Assembly (NCBI GenBank): GCA_964446685.1
Contig: CAYUPO010000003.1
Span: 39,183-103,182, forward strand
DNA: 64,000 nucleotides
Direction: 5' to 3'
Source: an uncultured Gammaproteobacteria bacterium
GTDB taxonomy: Bacteria > Patescibacteriota > Microgenomatia > Daviesbacterales > UBA10151
In this document: in pieces, positions 28,464 through 40,400 of the stretch
How positions within the stretch are numbered: the stretch's first letter is position 1
How the letters are laid out: every line of letters starts with the position of its first letter
The notes under the pieces: model-generated
Seen by the model: only the letters and a program-made list of their open reading frames with translations
Told to the model about the DNA's origin: nothing
The model's database searches: none
Position numbers and translations under genes: made by a program

Positions 28464-31400
28464 TTATGGAGTTTTTTTATTTAACAAATTACTTATCATT
28501 TCACTAACTGAAATTTGATTTAATTCAGCTTTTAAAGCAGCCATATTGAGCTTAAAATTTTGACCTACATTATATTTAACTTCAGCTATATTTTGGAATA
28601 AGCTGTGAGTTGCATTGATGGTTTTATCTATCCAGGTATTACTTTTAGGAATGGTATAAACAATCGGTGGTGTGTTTGATACATTATCAGTAAAATTCTG
28701 TTTAACCGACGCAATTAATTTTTCAGGTGTACCATCAGAAAAGATGATTTCTTCGACTTTAGATTGTTGTAAGTCAGGCAAAGTGGTGATAAAAGCTTCA
28801 ATTTTAGAGCTGCCAGGAGGTGCGGCATACTTATTGGTATAAATGCTTGTATCAGGTGCGAGATAAAAACTGATATTTGTGTTTTTTATATCTCCTGATT
28901 TCCACTTAAAGTTCAGGTTATTGGCAGCAGTCTGAATATAATTGTTGGTTAAAAAAGCCGAAACTTGGTCAAATTTGATCTTTTGCACTTTTTCTCTTAA
29001 CCCAAACTCTGTTGGAATTGTATATAGCGGAGCATCATTATAATAGTAAGCGGTTATCCGACTCGCAATGTCTTCATATGGATAAAAAATATTATTAAAA
29101 ATTAATCCTGGAGGATCACTACTTGCCCCTGCTTTTGCGTATAAGTTTGTTTGAATATTATAAATTGAATCTGAACTTTCGATGACAGTTTCTAATGGCG
29201 CAGTTGCAAAATCTATTGCTGGTAGATGGGGAGAAAACGGTGTTGTGTCTTTGACTAATGTGGCATCTCCAATTTGTTCTACAGGGATCATTTCCAGTTT
29301 TTCAACCGGCTTTAAGAATGAAGGCAGATTTATATCACTGATATCAGATAAAGCATTAGCTGCTGTCTGCTCAAATGTTTCAACTATTTGAGAAGGAAAA
29401 GATGGCGGTTTGATGGGGTCAAGTAATTCTTCTGCCACTTGATAATTTGTTGGTTGGTATTTACCAGTATTTGGATTTAACTGGAATGTAAATCTTTCTT
29501 CTTTATCTGTAATCACAACAAAAATACCATCATCTGTAACTACTTTTTTTGCGGTATGGGAAACTTGGCCGTAAGAATCTCCCCTGGTATATATTTCAAT
29601 TTGCTCTATTGCATGAGGATTAATTCCTCCTGGGATGAGAACTTCCTGCTCCCCTGGGTGATTGGTTAATATCTTACCCTGGAATGCAGGAATACCCGCC
29701 GTCTGACCGGTTGTATAGGTATCAATTGCTCCGCTTGCAGGGGATTTCAACGTAAAAACAACACCGTTTGGAACATCACCACCATCATCAAGAAACATCG
29801 CCCAATTTGAACCATTATATTTTTCTATACCAGTACTCGCATAGGGGGAAATTTTGTTTAAATCTGTTGATGTATGGGTTGAAATTGTCTGTGTCAGCTC
29901 ATCTGCATCGTATCTAAAATCAGTTGCCATTTGATCATTATGTTTTTGAAGTGCAGCAATGATATTTTCTTCTTTCATCTTCCTGGTCCAGCGCAAAGAT
30001 ACTTCCTGTAAACCAACTGCATAGTTTGATGTACCAATTGCTACTGGTTCTTCAAATAATCGCAGGATATCTTCATGTGTTGTGATAGCATCAGTAGTTT
30101 TACCGCCTCTGTAGAGTTTGGCATCAGTATAAAATCTTTCTCTAATATACCGTTCATATGCCTCATAATCCTGAGGTTTTATTTGTAACGCATTCAGGTA
30201 GGACTCAGGTACGAGTCCTCCCACCGGTATGGCAGCAGGCAACTTCATACCCATACTATTTGCTGAGACTTGGCCTTTAAATTTAGCCTCAAACTCAGCT
30301 CTGGCAGCTCTGAGTTCAGATAGAAAATTGTCATAATCACGATGAATGAGTTTTCCTCCAGGAGCGACTGGAGCTGGAGCCAGACCAAATTCATTAAAGA
30401 AGAAATCATAAAACGTTTTATCTTCACTTAGTCCAAGCATTTCTGCTTCATCGGTTATTCCTATTCTCTCAAGTGTCTGTCTCCATTTGGCCATTTCTTC
30501 AGCTTTTTGGCTGCCATTTTTTATCTGCTCAGTCCATGATTCAAGAGGCAGAATAATATCATCATTAAATTCAGACAATATTGGAGGGGTTTTACCGGCA
30601 TTTTCCAGAGACCAGTTCATCAAAGTTCGGGACAATCGACCATTTACATCTCCATATGGATGAATTGTAATCAATCTTCTTTGTAGCTCAGCAGCCAGCT
30701 GGAATGGATCATGGGATGGATTACTTGCTTGCTGGTTGTACCATTTTGCCAGATCACTTAATAATTCCTCCACAAAGGCCTGATTAGCTGGAATAGAGGC
30801 TGTTTTGCCTACTGGACCTATCCGATCTTTGGCATCTTGGGGCAGAGATTCATAAATTTTTCGGCCTTTTTCTGAATTGAGACTTGGGTATTCAATAATC
30901 CCTGCATTTGGATCTTCTCCTCTTTGCAAGAATTCGAGTAATGGATTGTTCCTAATCTCATCAGCATGTTCTTTGGTATAGGTCGCGGGACCAGGTTGTG
31001 AGTAATCCCCTCCCCTCGCTGCCCCTATTCGAGGAGATCCACCAATACTTGGATCGGCAGTTCCTGTTAAACGAATATGCAAATCTCTTATAAAATCAAC
31101 TGTTAAAGGTTGTTTACCATAGGCTCTAGCTGCTGTGCGGGCATTCAGCCAGTCAACCCATGCTTCTTCTCCAAATGTTTTTTCAAGTCCAGTCTGGCCG
31201 GTGATAATTCCAGTTCTGACAAATTTGTCATCTACTAATAAAGCCGTTTCTGCTGTTTTAGCAAGTGGGGTGTTAGTCTGGGTGATTTCTTCAACTTTTT
31301 GAGTATAAGTTGGCAGATCGATTTCATTCTTTTTCAATGAGGCAGTCAATGTATCTATTTCGGTTCTAGCTTCAACCCAATTTGGTTCAGGTAATGCCTG

Positions 31401-34400
31401 CCGAGCAACCGGAATAATATCATCAAATTGTGAAGCAGGCTGAGGTAATATCTCATCAAGTAACTCGCCAGCAGATTTCTGAAAATCAAGCACTACATCA
31501 TCAACGCCATCCGCTGCCGCAGCCACTCCGGGAATATCATCCAAACCAGGAACTGACTGAACCAAAGAACTAAGTGGTCCACAAGGCCCAGTAGAAGCTG
31601 CCAGAACTTCTCCGGTTGAGGCGCCTAGGACATTTGAAGTTTGGTTGGCTTGGGCAAGATTTGATGCTTGTGGAATTGAAGCTAAATTACAGTTAGCTGA
31701 ACCTAAGAAGCCTGATCGTACATTCACATCGGGATTTGTTTTTTCTACCTCTCTGATAAACAGTTCGACAAAATTTTCCTGCTGAAGCCGCATAGCTGCA
31801 AAATCTAGGAAACCAGCTGAAACAGGTTTTAGACCTCTTTCAGCTAGCATAGTATTTGCAATACCTAGGTAAAGTGAGTTGTTTACTTCTCTAAAAGATC
31901 TGGCTACTACACCATACTGGTATGATTCTGCAATCAATCGTAACTGATCTTCTAAAGAAAGGGTTCTATCAGTTGTTAATTGCTGCATTCTCAACCGCAT
32001 TTGTTCAAAATACTCATTTGTAAACCTTGGATCTGGATAGTTATGCGTTAATCCATAGGGATAATTCCAATCCTTACTTGCTCCGCCTTTGGATATTCCT
32101 GGTAATTGCAGGTACTGCTCAACATCAATATTTTTGTTTCTTACAGCCATTAAATTGTCAAAATATGGATCATTGAGATCCCTTGCGACTCTTGCAACAT
32201 AAGTATTTACAATTTCAAAGTGGCCCTCTGATACCATTCTTCCAGGAACAAGAGCACCCCCCTGCATATCTGGTTTATAGGCTATTTCCTGATGAGCAGC
32301 CCTCAACCAATTTAGAAATACATTTGAAGAACTAAAGTTTCGAGGATCAGAAAGTGAATCAGTGACATAAGCCCTTAGTGCAAGATTAGCATTTATAAAA
32401 TTTCCTTTAGAGAGGTCAACTGTTGGCTGATAACCATAGAAATAATGTCCATCTGGATAAATATATGGATGAACCTGTCTCATATTTCTATCTGGTCCAA
32501 TCTCTCCTGCATCTCTGACTAGACCTTTCCAAAAATCAGCTAATTCAGGTGTAACCTTTCCATCTCTCACCGCTATTTTAATTGCACTATTTAGATCACG
32601 CAGTTGGGATGGTGTTAATGGTACTGGAGGTGGATTACCAGAAGTATTTATTCTTTCTAAATCATCAACTAAGGATCCTAGAGGATAAAATGCCTGACTT
32701 ACAGCATCATCAACTCTTGTTGCTATTGGGATTCCAGTAGGGGAAGTAATTACTGCCCCGTCAGTCAGTAAATCCGCACTGTCATCAATCAATACACTAT
32801 CGTCTGTAAGCGGCGGAATCTGAGAAGTATTTTGGCCAGCTTTCAGTATTCTGGCCTGTGCTTCTAAAGATTCAGCCAATGTATCATTACCTAAAATTCT
32901 AGCAACTCTGGCAGCCTCTTCGAGCCCTTCTGCTGCCAAAATAGCAGTAGGACCAATAACAGGCATGCCTGCTAATGGAGTTTGCAGCACACCATCCACT
33001 ACATCTGCTGCAGCATTACCAGCGGTTTGAACTGGTGCAGGGGCAGTGCTAACTGCATTTCTAACAGCACTCGCAATACTGCCTGCAGCATCATCTGCTG
33101 TAGTCACTACTACCTGAACTGCTCCGGTTACATTTTGAACGGCTTGGGTAACAGGTGGGACTGAAGCTGGATTAGCAGGAGCGACAGAATTTGCCTGCTT
33201 TAGTTGAAGATAAAGGTCAATTTTCTCATCAGCTGACAAAAGACTTGGATTTATCCCTCTCCTGGTTAATTCTTCTCCTACTCTATTTCCAACTGTTGCA
33301 CTTGGAATCCTGTATTCAGTTCTGATTTCAGGAATTATTTCAATTTCTAATTCTAGATAAACAGGCTTTAACCGGCTTATGCTGTCATTTAAAGGTGCAA
33401 GTTCTCTGTTAAATTGGTCGATAGCTGCTTGATTGAGAGTTCCTGAAGCTCTGGCCTCCTCAACTCTTTGCATAATAAGTTTTTGCTGCTGAACAGCGTT
33501 TGTATATTCAGGTTTAATTTGATCTAGCCGATTTTCTGCCTGAATTAGTAACGCTCTGATCTCAGGTAATTGGTTTAAGTTTGTTCTAGCTGAAGCATGT
33601 CTTAGACTGTTTTCCAAAGAAATATAAAACGCATCTAGTTGATCCCCCAGATTATCAACTACAGCAGATATCGCAGTATTAGTTCTTGGATTTACTGGGA
33701 TCTCTCTTGCAGCTTGCGCGAAAGGACTTATTGCTGAAACAGAATTAATTGATGCTGGGGCTTGTGTGGTTGGATTAGCAGGAATATTTGGCGCCGTAGC
33801 AGGAGCTGGTGGAGTAGGTGTTTTTGGATTTATTTCATCTGAGATTCTTCTGATTGCAGCGTTTAGATCTGGATCGGTATCCCTCATCCCCTGCCTGATC
33901 AGGGCAGCGCGAATCTGGTCATCACTGACAGGATTTACTAATGTAGCCTTACCTGTACTTATATCAAAATTCACTCTCTGGAAACCGGTAAAATCCATCA
34001 CTACTTCTCTTTCAATATCAGTTACTAATCTTGTAGCTGAAGTTGCTGGATTAATTACTATCGGCACCTGCTGGGTATTAACTTTTTGGGCAGCTGCAAA
34101 TGTTGTGTTAAATTCAGATTCTGCAATAATTTTGATATCACCACTCAATTTGCCGGGTAACCACTTCCCTGGTGTTGCCGCTTTAGCAAATTCGCGGAGA
34201 TTTTGTGGTGCAGTGTGGGGTAAAATAATTTGATCTAATATTACGGTCCCATCACCAGATTTTTGGTATCTGGCAATTATCCATAATCCTTGTTTTCCTG
34301 TATCACTGATACCGAGCCTGCCAGTTGTATCCATAAAGAATGCTACATCAGTTTTTGCAGGCTGCTTCCAAAGTCCAAATCCACTCGCCTCTGAAAACCC

Positions 34401-37400
34401 TGCAGTTGGTGATAACGTATTCAAAAGCCTTCGATTAGCGTCGTTGATTTCATTTCCAGAAGCTGCACTTGTAAATACCTTTGCCCGATAATAATCAACT
34501 TCAGTTGCCAATTTATTTACATCTAGCGCTGCTGCGTTAGCATCAAAATATAATTTTTCATATTCTGATTTAAGATTATTTCTGGCGGTCAAAGCCTCGG
34601 CATAAGTTTTTTCAGAAACTTTTCTAAAAGCAAGCCCTTCACGAGCAACCCGTAACTCCTCTCTCGCTTGATCAAGCACTGCCTTAGAAGTTGTTGTGTC
34701 TCCTTCCAATTCAATTACTTTGTTATATGCAGCTAACCATCTCTGCTGCATTTCAGGTTTTAGAACTGAAATATTCTCAGAATCCCTTGCCATTTGGGCT
34801 TGGAGAGCCGCCAATTTTTGTTGTGATGCTGTAAGTTTTTCTACCAAAGTAGGCTTTACTTCTCCGGCTGGCCTCTCCTGCCATATTTCTATAGGAGAAT
34901 AGGTTAATTCATTATTTGCTTTTGCTAAGTCATCAGCTCTTTTAGCAAGTTCTCTTTCTTTTGTTGAACGCACATTTACTTGAGAAGAAATACTAGTTGG
35001 GTTTAAAACATCTTCTGCTTGTTTTAACTCTGTCCTGGCAGTAGTCAGAATACGATTTTTCGTTTGCAAATCATCAGAATTTGTTTTAATGGCTAGATTA
35101 ATTTTATCCAACTGATCTTTTTTAAGTCCTAACTGAATCTCCAGGTCATCTCCAATATTTAGCTTTCTTTTACCCCATCGCCATAAAATATTTGATCTTC
35201 GTGCTTCTAACCCTTCAATGTCTTTTAATAGGATCAGTCTATTTATTAATAAATCACTTCTTTCCTGTGTTGCTTGAGCAACCTGCGCTTCTAATGGCGG
35301 TATATCATTACTAAGTCTGCTGGCCAAACTTGCCGCACTGGCTCTGTCTAAAGCTGAACCATTTAATAACGATGTATTTGCTGGTGGGGCTGATGTCAGC
35401 CAATTCAATGGTCTGTCAACCGCTTGCAGCCAATTTGCTACTCGGTTGGTGACTCTATTCACCCATCCAGGGGCATTTGGAATAGTTGGATTGGCGGGTG
35501 TTAAAGGAGGTGTTGTGACGTTTGATGCAACAGCAGGATCTGGAACTGAAGTTGTGTTTGTTCCTGGAGTAGCTGGCCGTGGTTGAGCAACATTTGGTTG
35601 AGAATTATTGGCAGTTGTTCCGGTATTTGGAGCTGCTTGGGCAGTGTTTTGGGTGTTACTTGCATTTGGATTGAAACGGGAATCTGCCCGTAGTTGGTCT
35701 GGGGTAAACTCTTCTGCTGGTCTGCCATCTCGGAAATTGACTGTGATTTTTTGACCTGTGGCGTCACTGCTGACTCCATAACCTCTGACATCTGGATGGT
35801 TACGGAGATTATTCAATAATGTTGGATCAACCGAAGCTTGGGGTGCTGCAGCTGCTGGCGGTGTTGTTACAGAGGTGTTTCCTGTAAAACGGCTGGTAAT
35901 TGCGCCAAGTCCGTCAGCAATTCTTTCAAATATATTTGGTGAAGGTGGTGGGATACTGGCAACCTGAGGTGTCTGATCAAGCGGTATACCATACTGATCC
36001 TGAATTGCCTGAGCATAGGCTTCAGCTAATTCATCATTAGCTATTTGGACTCTTACTGGATCAACAGTGGCGCCATTTAGTTCAAAGAGACGCAAGTTAT
36101 CTACTTTCTCCTGAGCCAACCTGACTGCATCAACTTCACTGACTGTTTCACCCAGCTCTCTGACAACTGCGTTGATTCGAGCTTGCTGTAATGCCGCACT
36201 GGCAGCATCCGCCTGGATGCTCAAAGCATCAATTTGATTTACAGGTACATTTTCAATATCTGCCTGTATTCGATTTAGACTTATTTGAGCTTCAAATACT
36301 TCCTGATCATACCGGACAAGGTCATTTACCTGCTTACCAGAAGCAGAATAGGCTGCAACCAATGTTGATTCTGCCTCTTTTACTCGGGCATCTGCTAGAT
36401 TCAGATAGGCAGGCAACTGAGGATCTGCTGCAAACGCTGGGTCAGATCGAATCTTTGCTTCAAAATCAGACCGTGCCTGTTGCACTCTCAGTAAATTGTC
36501 CTGTGCCGCTAATACTGATTGTCTAGCAGCAACTACTGCATCATCTGCATTTCTGGCGTATTTGGGCGCATCCCAGATCTCTGGACCAAAAAAGGCCGGT
36601 ACCTTTTGAGACCATGGCGCATCAACTGCTGCACCCACTGACTCTCTCAGCAAACCTGCTGCTTCAGGAAGCATTTCCCTGACGCCAACAGAGGCCAGCT
36701 TTACTCCTCCTCGGGCCAAAGCCGGAACGATCTGCAAAGCATCAAGTCCCGTTAATGAAGCAAAACCTGTTCCACCGGTTGCAGCAGCTATTGGCAAAGC
36801 AATTGCAGCAGTTACAGCTGTATTACCAACTGATTCACTCACATTAAGCTGCATCTCCCAGGCGAATTTACCTGGTTCAGTATTACTTTTGACATACTCA
36901 GCTGCATAGCCATAGGCGTTAAAATCTTTTTCTAGTTTAGCTGCTTCATCAGGTGTTAATCCCAGCTGCTTAACAGTGTAGCTGGTACAGAATTCATTGT
37001 TGGCTGCACCAGATCCAGTTGCCATACAGGAAGCTTTAGCATTGGCGTATATACTAAATGATTGATAATCAGACGGTGTGTATCCAGGAAAAACTTCACT
37101 TAAGACTCTATTTGCTTTTGTATAGTCCTCTGGATTCATACTGATGGATTCTCCAAATCCGGTGTAACACAAAGAGCCATAAGTGTCGGCACAGATTAGC
37201 TGGGCAGATCCTTGGTGAATAAAGGGATTTACATCAATTGCTGCGTTCAGAAGATTATTTGACAACCATTTTAAAGGATTAGGGTCTTCATGAGGCAGGA
37301 AAGCGAAGAATGCCTGATTCTGCGTTGGACTCCAATTTTCAGGTTTCATTGCTGCATCAACTTGCTCTTGAGTCATCTTCCCCGCTTTTAGCATCTGTTC

Positions 37401-40400
37401 ATAATTTTTTGGCAATATTCCAACTTGTGCAGCAGTTTCTTCAGCCCTCTGTTTGACCTGAGGAGTATCGTAATAATTTGTATTCCAGATCCCATACTGA
37501 GTAGACAAACCGGCTGCCCGCATGGCAGCTGATAAGTCCCCTGTTGCGTTTAATGTCGCAAGCCCTGCCTGCATTTTCTCACTGGAAGATCTGGTAGAGT
37601 CTGTGGCAGTGATCCCATCATTTACAAATGACTGACCTGCATCGTATCCAATTGCGCCAATAAATGATAATGGATCCCGGACAGTTGGATGCTCACCTAA
37701 CCAGTTTTGGGCTGAAGCTACCAGTTGGCTGCCAGTTGAAACAGTAGATGATCTTACTGCCTGACATCCTTCTGTTAAGCTATAAACAGTAAAACATTTT
37801 ACCGCTGTATCTGCTTGGACAACCAATCCAGCTATTCCCTTGGCAGGAAGTATAATTCTGGCTGCTGATTGCTCAACTCTTCCCTCAGATAACTCAGCAG
37901 CGCGTTCTGCAACCCTTGTACCTACCTCCAATTCATTTTTGTTTGATTCACCAGTTAAGCTGGTCAGCGCACCTGTTCTCAAATTTTGTGGCAATGTGAT
38001 TGTTTCAGCAACTGTTGCTCCATAAATATTTCTAGCTTTTTCTAATGCATCCTGATATCCAGCCTCATCTCCGGCAGCTTTGGCCTGGGCAGCTGTTTGA
38101 TACCAGTCGTTCATAACCTTTCTTTGATCCCCTATTTTAGCTATGGTATCCAGAGAATTTGCCTGGGCTGCTAATACTGGGTCAGCCTTTAGGTCATCGG
38201 GCAGAGCACCAAAACGGGCTCTGGCTGTTTCGACTCTTTCAGCTGTCACAGCAGAATTGTTCTGATTTGCGGCATTGTAAGCAGCCCAGGTGACATCTTC
38301 CCTAAAGCTATCTACTGCTCTTTTTCTATCCAGGATGGTACTGACATTTTGGTTAAAGTTCGCTAGATCTGTTTGAAGTTTGGCTTTTTCTGGTGTTTCA
38401 GGTAAGACAGAAAGGGACAGTCTGGCATTTTCTAAAGCGGTTGTTTGAGGAGTCAGATCTTTATCAGGATTGCCAACATCATTTACAGCTAGCCTGGTGG
38501 CAAGACTAATATTTCCCTGAGCTGAACCGACCGAAGGTGCAGTATTAAAAGAGTTTTGCAACTGTCTAGCTGTGTCAGCTTGATTTGCTAAAGTAAGCGG
38601 GTTTATTACCTGTTCTCTAAATTGTCGACTTAACTCAGCCGACTGTTCATCAGTCTCAATATTTCCAGCCCGGGCAATCGCTAATCTTTCATTGACCAAT
38701 CTTTGGGCTGTACCTTCTACAACAGCGTTAGCATATTTATCCTGTAAATCTCCAACTATCACCCCATCTCCAGCTTTACTAGTAGCAGCCCTGATAATTG
38801 TGTTAAAACCTTCATCTAAAGCTGCTTTTTCATCAGCAGTTAAATGTCCGTTTGCAACCTGAGATTTAACATGATTGGAATATGCCTGGGCTGCTACAAT
38901 CTCCGGTATTACTCTGGCCTCGACTCTGAGCTGTTTAGCTTTTGCCGGATCAACTACTGCAATATGTTCTACTGAGGTATTCAGTCCATTAATAATGCCG
39001 CCAATGGCATTATTTGTGTCAGGATCCAAACTCTTACCTGCAGCAAACTCCTGCTCATATTCAGCCTTCCAGGCGTTGTAAGCAGCATTGCCAACTCTGG
39101 CTTCCAGCTGGTTAGCCTGGGCAGTTGCCACCGTGCCACCCTGAGTTCGTAATTTATCAACATAAGACAACCCGGCATCCTGCAAAAATTCAACCTCCTC
39201 TCTTCCAACATTTGTCTGACCATTTAACTTAGCATGTGCCTCAAGCAGATTGGCCATTTGAGTACCTGATTCAACTAATCTTTCTGTTGAACGAATTGCA
39301 TTTGTTCGAGAAGGAATTGTGTTAAGTTGATCTTCGAATGTGGCTGCAGAACCTTTTGACCCCAACTCTTTGAGCCGGTTAATCCCCTGCTCAGCTTCAG
39401 CTAATTTTTGACGGTAAAGCGGATCATCTTCTGGTCTGGCTATAGAAATATTTGAATCAGGATTATAGTCATTTGACCGGTCATACTGCAGTCTCAACTG
39501 TTGTGCTGCTGCTAGATCCCGTGATACCTGTTGATTGGTATCAAGAATCTGATTCACTTTTTCCAAACCTGCTACCTGAGAATCGACTGTGCTTCTATCC
39601 AGTGATAATGATGCCTGTGGAAGTATATTGATGGCTTTTTCTGCTTGTCTTAATTTTTCTAATGCTGCTTCCTGGTCTGCCTGCAGCTTTTCCAATTTGG
39701 CTGCTGTTTCTACCGGAATGTAACCCAAATCTCTAACAACTGCCGCTCCATACTGATCAAGTTGATTTGTAGCAACTGAGGCTTCTGTAACAGCATAGTT
39801 GTATTGGACATGATTGGTTACAGCTTGGGATGCTATAACAGGAGCAGTCGTGATGTAAGTAGGACATGATGCTTTAATATAATCTGTCACACATTCCTGA
39901 TGCTGCTCGACTGCTTTATCCCTATTCAAATCCCTGGCATCAGGACTATTTGAAAAACTGGTAGTGTAATAATCTGCTGCACGGGTTTCAATAGTTTTAC
40001 AACTAGTTACCGCATTGTAAGCACATCCATCCTGCCCTTGAATTTGGCCTGGGCCAACGGCTCCTCCCTGCCTGATTGTTCTGGCTGGAGTTACAACAAC
40101 TGGCTTACATTGCTCATCATTCATACACCCTGACAGGGCTGGAGCCCCAACACATTTATTTTCTGCGTTACAAGTGGCCTCCTTATTGATTTTGATTGTT
40201 CCCTTGGCCTGGCAGGCAGAACAAACTCCGCCACCTTGGCTTAAGTCACATTTACCTTCAACATCACCTTTGCCATAGCAAACATGTTCACCTTGGCTGC
40301 CGTCTCCCAGATCACAAATCTCTGGCTGAAGACAAGATTTACCTTCTTCAAATTTCTGCGAGAATAGTCTGGCAGGATCAATTGGTGCATCAGCAGCGGC

